The notes under the pieces are model-generated. The model was not told where the DNA came from, searched no databases, and worked only from the letters and a program-made list of their open reading frames with translations. DNA of 64,000 nt from an uncultured Bacteroidia bacterium (GTDB lineage Bacteria; Bacteroidota; Bacteroidia; Bacteroidales; Prolixibacteraceae): the NCBI GenBank assembly GCA_903927965.1, contig CAIYPA010000299.1, positions 2,975-66,974 on the forward strand, written 5' to 3'. The first letter of the stretch is position 1. The number at the start of each line of letters is the position of its first letter. Shown here one piece after another: positions 54,352 to 64,000 of this stretch. The position numbers were made by a program, and so were the translations under genes.

Positions 54352-57300
54352 ATGAAAAAAAACAAAACAATTAAGGGACAGAATCTCAGGCTCCCATTTA
54401 AAAAATTCCTTCTGGTCATTAAAATGATCGTCGTATTGATTTGTTTCACAGGTCTTATCGGTGCCTTGGCTCAACAGGGCAAGAAAGTTTCAGGTAAGGT
54501 TAGTGATCAAACCGGGGCCTCCGTACCCGGTGCAACTGTATTGGTCAAAGGGACTACCATAGGTGTGGTCACAGATATGGACGGGACTTATACATTGAAC
54601 AATGTCCCTGAAAAAGCAACCCTGCAGGTCACCTTCATCGGGATGAAGGGACAGGATGTTTTAGTGAACGGCAGGAGCACGATCAATATTACTTTGGAAG
54701 CGGCCGTGACCGACATCGACGAAGTTGTTGTCGTTGGTTATGGTACACAGAAACGTGCAAACGTTGTCGGTGCTGTATCCTCTGTTGATGGGGAAAAACT
54801 TCAGGCAATGGCTTCAGCGAACGTTTCGAACGCCATCTCGGGTTTGATCCCGGGAGCGACCGTTATCCAGCAGACAGGTGAACCTGGCCAGATGAGCCCA
54901 CGTATCATGATCCGTGGTAGGACAACCGTCAACTCCGACGGTAGCCGTATGTCGAACAGGTCGGAAACAGCCCCACTGGTTGTAATCGACGGTGTGCCGG
55001 GACGTTCAATGGACGAGATCGACCCCAACGACATCGCCAGCCTCTCCGTATTGAAGGACGCATCTGCCGCTATTTACGGTTCCCAGGCTGCAAACGGTGT
55101 TATCCTGATCACGACCAAGTCGGGCAAGGATGGCAAACCACGCCTGAGCTACCAGTTCTACGAAGGCGCAATGACCCCTACGGTTATTCCTGAAACAACA
55201 AACGCTGCCGATTATGCGACGATGCTTTCTGAATACCAGGTATCCAAAGGTTCCGCACGCACTTATTCCGATCAGGACATCGAATTGTACAGGAATGGCC
55301 TTGACCCATGGAAACACCCGAACACAAACTGGTACAGTGACCTTATTAAGAAATACACCACTACTACCAGGCACAACATTACCCTCGACGGTGGCGCCAA
55401 TGGCATGAAATACTATGTTTCTTTTGGTTTTAAGTCTGACGACGCTTTCTACAAAGCCTCCTCCACCAAATACAAACAGTACAACGTCCGCACAAAACTT
55501 GAAATGCCGGTTACCGATTGGTTGAAGACCGGTGTTGAGATCGCAGGGTTCCTCAATGACCGTATCTATCCTTACAAGAGCGCCGATGCAATCGTTGGAC
55601 AGGCAACCCGTTTGCTCCCAACAACATGGTCCTTCTGGCCAAATGGCCAACCAGGCCCCGACATCGAGTATGGTGACAACCCAGTTGAAACCTCCACTTT
55701 CAGCGCGGGCAAGAACGACCAGAAAACCTACAGGGTTTTAAGTACGTTCAGTGCAACTGTTACTGTTCCTTTTATCAAAGGTCTTTCGTTCACGGGCAGT
55801 TACAATTATGATTTGACCAACTATTACAACAAGGCTTTCTATCAACCATGGACCCTCTATTATCCAAACTGGTCGAATGCAACTGTTGGTTCAAACGGAT
55901 ATGTCACTTCGATGACACCGACCCCAACCTTAAGGGGACTTTCTTCGGCTGAAAACAACGAAAGGTACGACCGTACCCTGAACCAGACCCTTTTGATCAA
56001 TGCCAATTATTCCAAAAAAATTGGTGACCACAACATCTCTTTAATGGGCGGTTTTGAGCAATATACAAGCGACTGGAACTATTTCTATGCCTATCGCAAG
56101 TACTACATCTCCTCGTTGATCCAGACCATGGACGCGGGCAACGCAAAAGACCAGAACATCTCAGGTTCTGCTTCTGTCTATGCGCGTAAATCCTACATGG
56201 GCAGGGCCACATACGACTACAAAGGGAAATACCTTGCTGAAGTCGTGTTCCGCGCTGACGGTTCCCTGAAATTCCCTACTGCACAACGTTATGGATATTT
56301 CCCCGGTCTTTTGTTGGGATGGCGTGCTTCCGAAGAGACTTTCTGGAAGAACAACCTCCCGTTCATCAATTACTTCAAATTGAGGGGATCGGTCGGCAAA
56401 ATGGGTATGGACCCAACTGCACCGTTCCAGTTCATGGACAAATATGCGATCAGCACGGGTATGACATTTGGCACCTCGGGCGCCATTGCAACAGCCGTTG
56501 GGCCACCTTCTGTAGCTAACCCTTTGATCCATTGGGAAACACAGACGACCTACAATGTTGGTTTTGACTCCAAGTTCAAAAGCGACATGTTCCATATGAA
56601 CGCAGAAGTGTTCTACAGCCGCAGGGACAACATCCTGGCCACAAAAGATGCTTCTGTTCCAAATTTCACAGGTTTGTCGCTTCCAGCCCAGAACATCGGG
56701 GTCGTTGACAACCGCGGTTTTGAAATTGAGGCAGGGTTCCACAAGACATTGAAAAAGGATATCCGTCTTGACGTAGTCGGTAACTTCAGTTACAACCACA
56801 ATGAGATCGTTTCCATCGACGAGCCCAAAAAAGCAGTCGCATGGCAGCAATTGACCGGCCACCCTTACGGCGCATGGTTGATGTACCAGGCAGATGGTAT
56901 TTACAAAGATGCCGCCCAGGTAGCTGCAACCCCACACATGGCGGGCGCGGTCCCAGGTGACGTTATTTTCAAGGACGTATCGGGCGACGGCGTGATCGAC
57001 GGTAACGACAGGATCCTGCTTGACAAAGTTGATGCACCTGAGGTTTTCTACGGTGGTACGATCAATGTAGGCTACAAAGCTTTCTCTTTGACTGTACAGC
57101 TCCAGGGCCAGGGAAAATTCTGGAAGATGAGCCAGTACGACAACCGTCGTGGTGAAGCCGGTAACTACTACCAGTGGCAGTTCGACAACCGTTGGACTCC
57201 TACCAACACGGTCACGAACATTGCAAGGGCTTACAACCGCGGCGACCAATACTGGTCGGTTGACAATAACGTGAGCACCTACTGGATGGACAATACCGCT

Positions 57301-57510
57301 TATTGCCGTCTGAAAAACGTAGTATTGAACTATGCAATTCCAGCAAAGATTTACTCAAAACTGGGAATTTCAAAGGCAACGATCTATTTCACAGGCAACA
57401 ACCTTGCGTTGCTTTACACCGCGACCAAGAAGTGGGACCCGGAAACAAACAACCCGGGCGTATATCCTGCAATGAAGACTTTTGCAATCGGTGCAAATAT
57501 CACTTTCTAA
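54352..57510 (+). CDS. susC: SusC/RagA-family TonB-dependent outer-membrane transporter, copy 1
   Basis: 1052 aa. Signal sequence, carboxypeptidase-regulatory-like N-domain (VSGKVSDQTGASVPGATVLVKGT), TonB-box/plug region (DEVVVVGYGTQKR) and C-terminal ...FAIGANITF. Confidence 0.95.
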   Translation: MKKNKTIKGQNLRLPFKKFLLVIKMIVVLICFTGLIGALAQQGKKVSGKVSDQTGASVPGATVLVKGTTIGVVTDMDGTYTLNNVPEKATLQVTFIGMKGQDVLVNGRSTINITLEAAVTDIDEVVVVGYGTQKRANVVGAVSSVDGEKLQAMASANVSNAISGLIPGATVIQQTGEPGQMSPRIMIRGRTTVNSDGSRMSNRSETAPLVVIDGVPGRSMDEIDPNDIASLSVLKDASAAIYGSQAANGVILITTKSGKDGKPRLSYQFYEGAMTPTVIPETTNAADYATMLSEYQVSKGSARTYSDQDIELYRNGLDPWKHPNTNWYSDLIKKYTTTTRHNITLDGGANGMKYYVSFGFKSDDAFYKASSTKYKQYNVRTKLEMPVTDWLKTGVEIAGFLNDRIYPYKSADAIVGQATRLLPTTWSFWPNGQPGPDIEYGDNPVETSTFSAGKNDQKTYRVLSTFSATVTVPFIKGLSFTGSYNYDLTNYYNKAFYQPWTLYYPNWSNATVGSNGYVTSMTPTPTLRGLSSAENNERYDRTLNQTLLINANYSKKIGDHNISLMGGFEQYTSDWNYFYAYRKYYISSLIQTMDAGNAKDQNISGSASVYARKSYMGRATYDYKGKYLAEVVFRADGSLKFPTAQRYGYFPGLLLGWRASEETFWKNNLPFINYFKLRGSVGKMGMDPTAPFQFMDKYAISTGMTFGTSGAIATAVGPPSVANPLIHWETQTTYNVGFDSKFKSDMFHMNAEVFYSRRDNILATKDASVPNFTGLSLPAQNIGVVDNRGFEIEAGFHKTLKKDIRLDVVGNFSYNHNEIVSIDEPKKAVAWQQLTGHPYGAWLMYQADGIYKDAAQVAATPHMAGAVPGDVIFKDVSGDGVIDGNDRILLDKVDAPEVFYGGTINVGYKAFSLTVQLQGQGKFWKMSQYDNRRGEAGNYYQWQFDNRWTPTNTVTNIARAYNRGDQYWSVDNNVSTYWMDNTAYCRLKNVVLNYAIPAKIYSKLGISKATIYFTGNNLALLYTATKKWDPETNNPGVYPAMKTFAIGANITF

Positions 57511-57540
57511 TATATTGTACAACTTTAAAAAAATTAGAAT

Positions 57541-59454
57541 ATGAAAAAAATATTACTTAGCATATCGGCAATTGCAATGGTCCTGCTCAATTTGGTATCG
57601 TGTACCAACGTGCTCGACAAACCGGCGGTCGATTCCTTTAATGCGGACCTTGTTTTTTCTGATATCAATGTTGTGAACGCTTACCTTGGCAAATGTTACG
57701 ACCGTATGGGCGGCAACACCGACTCGGGCATCCTTGGCGCCCGTGAGGACCTTTTGTCTTCCGGTACGGACCAGATCCTTTGTATCCACCGTCCTGCCAA
57801 CTATGTGATGCTCAAAGGGACCATGACCCCCGACAACCTTGGTTATTTCACCAATGACGGTTACGGCGGTTTCCTACGTTGGAACAACCTTTATCAGAAC
57901 ATCCAGAACATCAACAGGATCCTTGACGCAATCGGTAAAGTTCCGCTTACAACCGGACAGGACGTGTTGAAAAAACAGATGATCGGGGAAGCCTATTTTA
58001 TCAGGGCATACGAATATGCGTGCTTGCTGATGGTTTATGGTGGTGCTGTTTTAAATGACAAACCGTTTCTTTTGAATGGTGACTATTCCACCCAGAAACG
58101 TGCCACGATCGCCGACACAAAGGACTGGGTACTAAAAGATGTCGCTTCTGCGATTGCAAACCTGCCTGCAAGCGGTATGGAGCAGGGACGTGCCACCCAG
58201 GCCGCTGCTGCATCCTTAAAAGCAAGGGTATTGATGTTCTGTGCCAGCAAGCTCACAAACGGTGGATGGACCGAACAGGCTGCCAATACGTTGGTTTCCT
58301 TTCCTTCCGGTAGCCAGACCGCCCTTTTGACCGCTGCCCGCGATGCTGCGAAGTTGGTCATGGACGGCACTTATGGTACATTTTCGCTCGTCGGAACAAC
58401 TGCTGAACCGACCCAGCCATTGACAGCTGCCCAAGTCAAGGCATATGCCGACAATTATACGAGCATCTTCACACAAAACGCAGGCTGGAACAGCGAGACC
58501 ATCTGGGGCATCCAGTTCCCGCTCACCGGTGGCAATGTCAACAACGCCAACCTGTGGTACGGCCCGAACGGTTACCACAACTGGGGGAACAACGACCCGG
58601 TCGAACCAATGGTAAGGCAATGGGAAATGGCCGACGGAACACCATTTGTTTGGGACAAATACAACCAAGGCGACATGAGAGTGCGCAGGGCTACTGCTGC
58701 AGAATTGGCCGCTGACCCGAATCGCAACCCATACAATGGCCGCGAACCACGTTTTTATGCCAGCGTGCTTTATGACGGTGCCCCATGGCAGCAAAGGCCA
58801 TCGGATGCAGCTGCGTTCGATCCAAAAAACCAGGTACAGACTGGCTATAACCTTCACAATGAAGGAGATGCAACTCCATTCTATAGTGGCGTCGATACCC
58901 GTCAGGGCCTCATCGAAGCATGGAACGGCCAGAAAACAGGTTACAATATCCGTAAATTGCTCGACATTACTTGTGCCGGACAATATTACAGGAATACCAA
59001 TTCATGGGTCGAGTTCAGGTATGCCGAGATCCTGATGATCTATGCCGAGGCTTGTATCGAATTGGGCGGCACCGACCTTCAGAAAGGTATCGATGCCATG
59101 AACCTGGTGCGCAAACGTGCCGGCCTGCCAAGTAGGGTCACCACCGACCAGGCAACTGCCCGTAATTATTTGCACAAGGAAAGGAACATCGAGTTCTTTG
59201 CCGAAGGGCACCGTTTCTTCGACATGCGCCGTTGGATGGAGTGCGAAACTTCAATTGAGAAAATCTATTACATGAGGGTCGAGCATTATGACAATGGCAC
59301 GACGAAATGGATCTACAGGACACCTTCAGGTACCGATACCGGTGACCTTCAGGACGACCGTTTCTTCACGGATAAGAAATTCTACTGGGTCCCTCTGACA
59401 CGCGACGAGATAAACAAGGCTCCTCAGTTGGTTCAGAACCCTGGGTACAATTGA
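57541..59454 (+). CDS. susD: SusD/RagB-family outer-membrane lipoprotein, copy 1
   Basis: 637 aa. Lipoprotein signal ...LLNLVSC, and SusD-like blocks EAYFIRAYEYACL and EFFAEGHRFFDMRRW. It starts 30 nt after susC. Confidence 0.93.
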   Translation: MKKILLSISAIAMVLLNLVSCTNVLDKPAVDSFNADLVFSDINVVNAYLGKCYDRMGGNTDSGILGAREDLLSSGTDQILCIHRPANYVMLKGTMTPDNLGYFTNDGYGGFLRWNNLYQNIQNINRILDAIGKVPLTTGQDVLKKQMIGEAYFIRAYEYACLLMVYGGAVLNDKPFLLNGDYSTQKRATIADTKDWVLKDVASAIANLPASGMEQGRATQAAAASLKARVLMFCASKLTNGGWTEQAANTLVSFPSGSQTALLTAARDAAKLVMDGTYGTFSLVGTTAEPTQPLTAAQVKAYADNYTSIFTQNAGWNSETIWGIQFPLTGGNVNNANLWYGPNGYHNWGNNDPVEPMVRQWEMADGTPFVWDKYNQGDMRVRRATAAELAADPNRNPYNGREPRFYASVLYDGAPWQQRPSDAAAFDPKNQVQTGYNLHNEGDATPFYSGVDTRQGLIEAWNGQKTGYNIRKLLDITCAGQYYRNTNSWVEFRYAEILMIYAEACIELGGTDLQKGIDAMNLVRKRAGLPSRVTTDQATARNYLHKERNIEFFAEGHRFFDMRRWMECETSIEKIYYMRVEHYDNGTTKWIYRTPSGTDTGDLQDDRFFTDKKFYWVPLTRDEINKAPQLVQNPGYN

Positions 59455-59473
59455 TTGTTGTTTAATTATTTAT

Positions 59474-59531
59474 GTAGAGACGTGATGAATCACGTCTCTA
59501 CGAAAGGCCGGCAAATTTGCCGGCCTTTTTT
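59474..59531 (+). terminator. Double-hairpin rho-independent terminator after SusD copy 1
   Basis: The first hairpin is gtagagacgtga tgaa tcacgtctctac (59474-59501). The second is aaaggccggcaaa/tttgccggccttt (59503-59528), followed by a T-run. Confidence 0.85.
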
Positions 59532-59755
59532 ATTTGTTCGCAAAAATGAATATCTGACATTTGTTATGTATTTGAAATCATTTAACATGATTAATGGTAA
59601 AAGAAAACACCCCTTAACATCCAAAAATCAAGTATTTTACTTAAAAAAGGCAGAATTTCAGAAATTATTTTTAGTAAAAACCTGATTATTATCTATTTCT
59701 AAAAGGCTTAAAATCTCCAAAAAAAAATTAAACCTTTTGGTATTTCATATTTTTT

Positions 59756-59792
59756 TATAGTACTTTTGACTTTTCTAACAACTATTAACGAA
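59756..59792 (+). promoter_or_regulatory. Conserved promoter-like box upstream of SusC copy 2
   Basis: tatagtacttttgacttttctaacaactattaacgaa contains TActTTTG (TAnnTTTG). It is the paralogue of the box at 53922-53958. Confidence 0.45.
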
Positions 59793-60226
59793 CTTTATTG
59801 TGATGACTATGCCAATTCAAAATTTAGGTTTACCTTGAAATAGGTTATTCTCCAAAGCAAATACAGTAATAGACAAACATGTTTGATTTACACCGACGGA
59901 TTTAAGTTATGATGACTTAAGTTCTTTTCTGTTTGTAGTAAAAAGGTCTTAACTGAAAATGCCAATTAACATTAAACCCTTTAAAATTGGATTATTTATG
60001 TCCTGGAGTAGCATGCAATTACTCTGGTTAAAATGACTATGTCTTTTTTGTACTAATTAAAAAAAATTACTGCCTATGGGATAACTAAAAACGGACCAAA
60101 AAATGCGGGTGGGTATTTAAGCCAACTCTGCTCAATTTATTGCTTACTTATTTATTTATCAGTACATTAAGTTACAATGGCCTAAACTGGCTGACAACTT
60201 TAGGTACTATTAAACATTTATTTTAT

Positions 60227-63200
60227 ATGAAAAAAAACAAAACAATTGAGGGACAGAATTTTAAGCTCCCATTTAAAAAATTCCTTCTGGTCATTAAAAT
60301 GATCGTCGTATTGATTTGTGTTACAGGTCTTATCGGTGCCATGGCTCAGCAGGGCAAGAAAGTATCGGGTAAAATTACCGATCAGACCGGGGCCTCCGTA
60401 CCCGGTGCAACTGTATTGGTCAAGGGGACTACCACAGGTGTGGTCACAGATATGGACGGAACTTACTCATTGAACAATGTTCCTGAAAAGGCAACCCTTC
60501 AGATCACCTTCATCGGGATGAAAGGCCAGGAAGTTGCCGTGAACGGCAGGAGCACGATCAATGTTACATTGGAAGCTGCCGTGACCGACATCGATGAAGT
60601 TGTCGTCGTTGGTTATGGTACACAGAAACGTGCAAATGTAGTCGGTGCAGTTGCCTCTGTTGACGGGGAAAAACTTCAATCCATTTCTGCCGTGAACGTT
60701 TCGAACGCCATCTCTGGTTTGATCCCGGGAACAACTGTTATCCAACAGACCGGTGAGCCTGGCCAGATGAGCCCACGTATCATGGTCCGCGGTAGGACAA
60801 CCGTCAACTCCGACGGTAGCCGTATGTCGAACAGGGCAGAAACAGCCCCTCTTGTTGTGATCGACGGTGTCCCAGGACGTTCGATGGACGAAATCGACCC
60901 CAACGACATCGCCAGCCTTTCTGTATTGAAAGACGCTTCCGCAGCAATTTATGGTTCCCAGGCTGCAAACGGTGTTATCCTGATCACGACCAAGTCGGGC
61001 AAGGATGGCAAACCCCGTTTGAGCGACCAGTTCTACGAAGGCGCAATGACCCCTACGGTTATCCCGCAGACAACCAATGCTGCCGATTACGCGACCATGC
61101 TTTCTGAATACCAGGTTTCCAAAGGTTCCGCACGCACCTATTCGGATGCCGATATCGAACTTTACAGGAACGGCCTCGACCCATGGAAACACCCGAACAC
61201 CAACTGGTACAGCGACCTGATCAAAACATGGACGACAACTACAAGGCACAACATTACCCTTGATGGTGGCGCCAACGGCATGAAATACTACGTTTCTTTT
61301 GGTTTCAAGTCTGATGACGCTTTCTACAAAGCTTCATCAACCAAGTACAAACAATACAATGTCCGCACAAAATTGGAGATGCCAGTTACCGATTGGTTGA
61401 AGACAGGCGTTGAGATCGCAGGTTTCCTCAACAACCGCATCTATCCTTACAAGAGTGCCGATGCCATCGTTGGACAGGCAACCCGCTTGCTCCCAACAAC
61501 ATGGTCCTTCTGGCCAAACGGCCAGCCAGGCCCCGACATCGAGTATGGCGACAACCCAGTTGAGACCTCAACTTTCAGCGCGGGCAAGAACGACCAGAAA
61601 ACCTACAGGGTCTTAAGTACGTTCAGTGCTACCATTTCTGTCCCTTTTGTAAAAGGGCTTTCGTTCACGGGCAGTTACAACTACGACCTCACCAACTATT
61701 ACAACAAGGCTTTCTATCAGCCATGGACGCTCTATTATCCAAACTGGTCGTCGGCTACGGTTGGTTCAAACGGATATGTCACTTCGATGACCCCGACCCC
61801 AACCTTAAGGGGGCTTTCTTCTGCTGAAAACAACGAAAGGTACGACCGTACGTTGAACCAGACCATTTTGGTCAATGCCAATTATTCCCATAAATTCGGC
61901 GACCATAACATTGCATTAATGGGCGGTTTTGAGCAATACACAAGCGATTGGAACTATTTCTACGCTTACCGCAAGTACTACATTTCCTCCCTGATCCAGA
62001 CCATGGACGCGGGCAACGCAAAGGACCAGAACATCACAGGTTCTGCTTCTGTCTATGCACGTAAATCTTACATGGGCAGGGCAACATACGACTACAAAGG
62101 AAAGTACCTTGCAGAAGTCGTGTTCCGCGCTGACGGTTCCCTGAAATTCCCTACCGCACAACGTTATGGGTATTTCCCAGGTCTTTTGTTGGGATGGCGC
62201 GCTTCTGAAGAGACTTTCTGGAAGAACAACCTCCCGTTCATCAATTACTTCAAATTGAGGGGTTCAGTAGGTATGATGGGTATGGACCCAACTTCACCGT
62301 TCCAGTTCATGGACAAATATGGCATCAGCACAGGTATGACTTTTGGCACCTCAGGCGCTATTGCCACCGCTGTTGGACCTCCTTCTGTTGCCAACCCGTT
62401 GATCCACTGGGAAACTCAGACGACCTACAACGTAGGTTTTGACTCCAAGTTGAAGAGTGACATGTTCCATTTGAACGCCGAATTGTTCTACAGCCGAAGG
62501 GACAACATCCTGGCAACCAAAGATGCTTCGGTTCCCAATTTCACAGGTCTGTCGTTACCCGCCCAGAACATCGGTGTTGTTGACAACCGCGGTTTTGAAA
62601 TTGAGGCAGGGTTCCACAAGACATTGAAAAGAGAGATCCGTCTTGATGTAGTCGGTAACTTTAGCTATAACCACAACACAGTTGTATCTATTGACGAACC
62701 TAAAAAGGCGGTCGCATGGCAGCAATTGACGGGCCACCCTTACGGCGCATGGTTGATGTACCAGGCAGATGGTATTTACAAAGATGCCGCCCAGGTAGCT
62801 GCAACGCCGCATATGGCGGGCGCAGTCCCTGGTGATGTTATTTTCAAGGACGTATCGGGTGACGGTATAATCGATGGCAATGACAGGATCCTGCTCGACA
62901 AAGTTGACGCACCTGAGGTTTTCTACGGTGGTACGATCAATGTAGGCTACAAAGCTTTCTCTTTGACAGTCCAGCTCCAGGGCCAGGGAAAATTCTGGAA
63001 GATGAGCCAGTACGACAACCGTCGCGGCGAGGCCGGCAACTACTACCAGTGGCAGTTCGACAACCGTTGGACCCCTACCAATACGGTCACAAACATTGCA
63101 AGGGCTTACAATCGCGGCGACCAGTACTGGTCGGTCGACAACAACATGAGCACCTACTGGTTTGACAATACCGCTTACTGCCGTCTGAAAAATATCGTAT

Positions 63201-63385
63201 TGAACTATGCGATTCCTACCAAGATCTACTCCAAACTGGGAATTTCAAAAGCTTCGATCTATTTCACCGGAAATAACCTTGCATTGCTTTACACTGCCAC
63301 CAAGAAGTGGGATCCGGAAGTTAACAACCCTGGTGTATATCCTGCAATGAAGACTTTTGCAATCGGCGCAAATATCACTTTCTAA
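60227..63385 (+). CDS. susC: SusC/RagA-family TonB-dependent outer-membrane transporter, copy 2
   Basis: 1052 aa from the ATG at 60227 (MKKNKTIEGQNF...), collinear without indels with copy 1. The track ORF starts earlier at 60140, but the extension has no counterpart in copy 1. Confidence 0.93.
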   Translation: MKKNKTIEGQNFKLPFKKFLLVIKMIVVLICVTGLIGAMAQQGKKVSGKITDQTGASVPGATVLVKGTTTGVVTDMDGTYSLNNVPEKATLQITFIGMKGQEVAVNGRSTINVTLEAAVTDIDEVVVVGYGTQKRANVVGAVASVDGEKLQSISAVNVSNAISGLIPGTTVIQQTGEPGQMSPRIMVRGRTTVNSDGSRMSNRAETAPLVVIDGVPGRSMDEIDPNDIASLSVLKDASAAIYGSQAANGVILITTKSGKDGKPRLSDQFYEGAMTPTVIPQTTNAADYATMLSEYQVSKGSARTYSDADIELYRNGLDPWKHPNTNWYSDLIKTWTTTTRHNITLDGGANGMKYYVSFGFKSDDAFYKASSTKYKQYNVRTKLEMPVTDWLKTGVEIAGFLNNRIYPYKSADAIVGQATRLLPTTWSFWPNGQPGPDIEYGDNPVETSTFSAGKNDQKTYRVLSTFSATISVPFVKGLSFTGSYNYDLTNYYNKAFYQPWTLYYPNWSSATVGSNGYVTSMTPTPTLRGLSSAENNERYDRTLNQTILVNANYSHKFGDHNIALMGGFEQYTSDWNYFYAYRKYYISSLIQTMDAGNAKDQNITGSASVYARKSYMGRATYDYKGKYLAEVVFRADGSLKFPTAQRYGYFPGLLLGWRASEETFWKNNLPFINYFKLRGSVGMMGMDPTSPFQFMDKYGISTGMTFGTSGAIATAVGPPSVANPLIHWETQTTYNVGFDSKLKSDMFHLNAELFYSRRDNILATKDASVPNFTGLSLPAQNIGVVDNRGFEIEAGFHKTLKREIRLDVVGNFSYNHNTVVSIDEPKKAVAWQQLTGHPYGAWLMYQADGIYKDAAQVAATPHMAGAVPGDVIFKDVSGDGIIDGNDRILLDKVDAPEVFYGGTINVGYKAFSLTVQLQGQGKFWKMSQYDNRRGEAGNYYQWQFDNRWTPTNTVTNIARAYNRGDQYWSVDNNMSTYWFDNTAYCRLKNIVLNYAIPTKIYSKLGISKASIYFTGNNLALLYTATKKWDPEVNNPGVYPAMKTFAIGANITF

Positions 63386-63415
63386 TATATTGTACAACTT
63401 TAAAAAAATTAGAAT

Positions 63416-64000
63416 ATGAAAAAAATATTACTTAGCATATCGGTCATTGCAATGGTCCTGCTCAATTTGGTATCGTGTACCAACGTGCTCGACAAACCGG
63501 CGGTCGATTCCTTCAATGCGGGACTTGTTTTTTCTGATATCAATGTCGTGAACGCCTATCTGGGCAAATGTTACGACCGTATGGGCGGCAACACCGACTC
63601 GGGCATCCTCGGGGCCCGTGAGGACCTTTTGTCTTCCGGTACCGACCAGACCCTTTGTATCCACCGCCCGGCCAACTACGTGATGCTCAAAGGGACCATG
63701 ACCCCCGATAACCTTGGCTATTTTACAAATGACGGTTATGGCGGTTTCCTACGCTGGAACAACCTTTATCAGAACATCCAGAACATCAACAGGATCCTTG
63801 ACGGTATTAATGCAGTACCGCTCACTACGGGACAGGACGTGTTGAAAAAACAGATGATCGGGGAGGCCTATTTTATCAGGGCATATGAATATGCTTGCTT
63901 GCTGATGGTTTACGGTGGTGCTGTTTTGGCAGACAAACCATTTGTATTGGATGGCGACTATTCTACCCAGAAGCGTGCCACGATTGCCGAAACGAAGGAC
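63416..64000 (+). CDS. susD: SusD/RagB-family lipoprotein, copy 2 (5' part; continues beyond window)
   Basis: atgaaaaaaatattacttagcatatcggtcattgc... is nearly identical to the start of copy 1. The frame is open to the window end, covering 195 codons. Confidence 0.9.
   Translation, partial: MKKILLSISVIAMVLLNLVSCTNVLDKPAVDSFNAGLVFSDINVVNAYLGKCYDRMGGNTDSGILGAREDLLSSGTDQTLCIHRPANYVMLKGTMTPDNLGYFTNDGYGGFLRWNNLYQNIQNINRILDGINAVPLTTGQDVLKKQMIGEAYFIRAYEYACLLMVYGGAVLADKPFVLDGDYSTQKRATIAETKD

Noticed and set aside
55006-57249. Long minus-strand ORFs inside SusC copy 1 (55006..55650 at 214 aa and 56161..57249 at 362 aa), with equivalents in copy 2 (for example 60467..61249).
   Set aside because: They lie entirely antisense to a confidently identified SusC gene. 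Their translations are Arg/Val/Gly-rich and low-complexity with no recognisable motifs. They are explained by the GC-rich codon usage of susC suppressing antisense stop codons.
60140-60226. A 29-codon N-terminal extension of SusC copy 2 given by the ORF track.
   Set aside because: Copy 1 starts at the homologous MKKNKTI... methionine. The extension has no counterpart upstream of copy 1 and does not look like coding sequence.

Overview
Bacteroidota-type chromosomal segment, judged from the SusC/SusD pairs, an S46 peptidase, the FtsX-DUF3098 pair and a TAnnTTTG-like promoter box. It splits into four parts. (1) 1-20 kb is housekeeping and envelope genes: trpB (3' end), trpA, S46 dipeptidyl-peptidase, rnhA, Kdo transferase, class II ribonucleotide reductase, SNF2 helicase, a GT2 with two FkbM methyltransferases, an RluA-family synthase, panB, an O-antigen-ligase-like protein, a DUF5009-like acyltransferase and dnaK. 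(2) About 20.0-38.8 kb is an accessory island with no integrase, transposase or tRNA. It holds three DUF4143-type AAA ATPase paralogues, an orphan Phd-like antitoxin, an intact and a truncated ParE/RelE toxin-antitoxin locus, and a family of roughly 60-300 bp hairpin-containing repeats at gene boundaries. Its main content is a tightly packed minus-strand operon: PPP phosphatase, FHA-wHTH regulator, Hanks Ser/Thr kinase, a J-like/zinc-ribbon/membrane protein, a GrpE-like protein, an atypical 831-aa Hsp70, a TPR-TM-OmpA-like protein and a TM-FGE-sulfatase-domain protein. A repeat-rich spacer and a stand-alone Clp_N-like protein follow. I consider this the candidate undescribed system: a second, dedicated, phospho-regulated and envelope-anchored Hsp70 machine in a defence-island-like context. 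(3) 38.8-53.6 kb is housekeeping: flippase, YfhO, ftsX, DUF3098, truB, queA, efp, TIM-barrel isomerase, HEAT protein, GNAT, DJ-1/PfpI, dapF, gltX and a signal-peptide Fe/Mn SOD. (4) 53.6-64 kb is a tandemly duplicated SusC/SusD pair with a constant 5875-bp offset; the coding regions are conserved and the leaders have diverged. All calls come from reading the supplied translations and the DNA by eye. No searches or computations were run.
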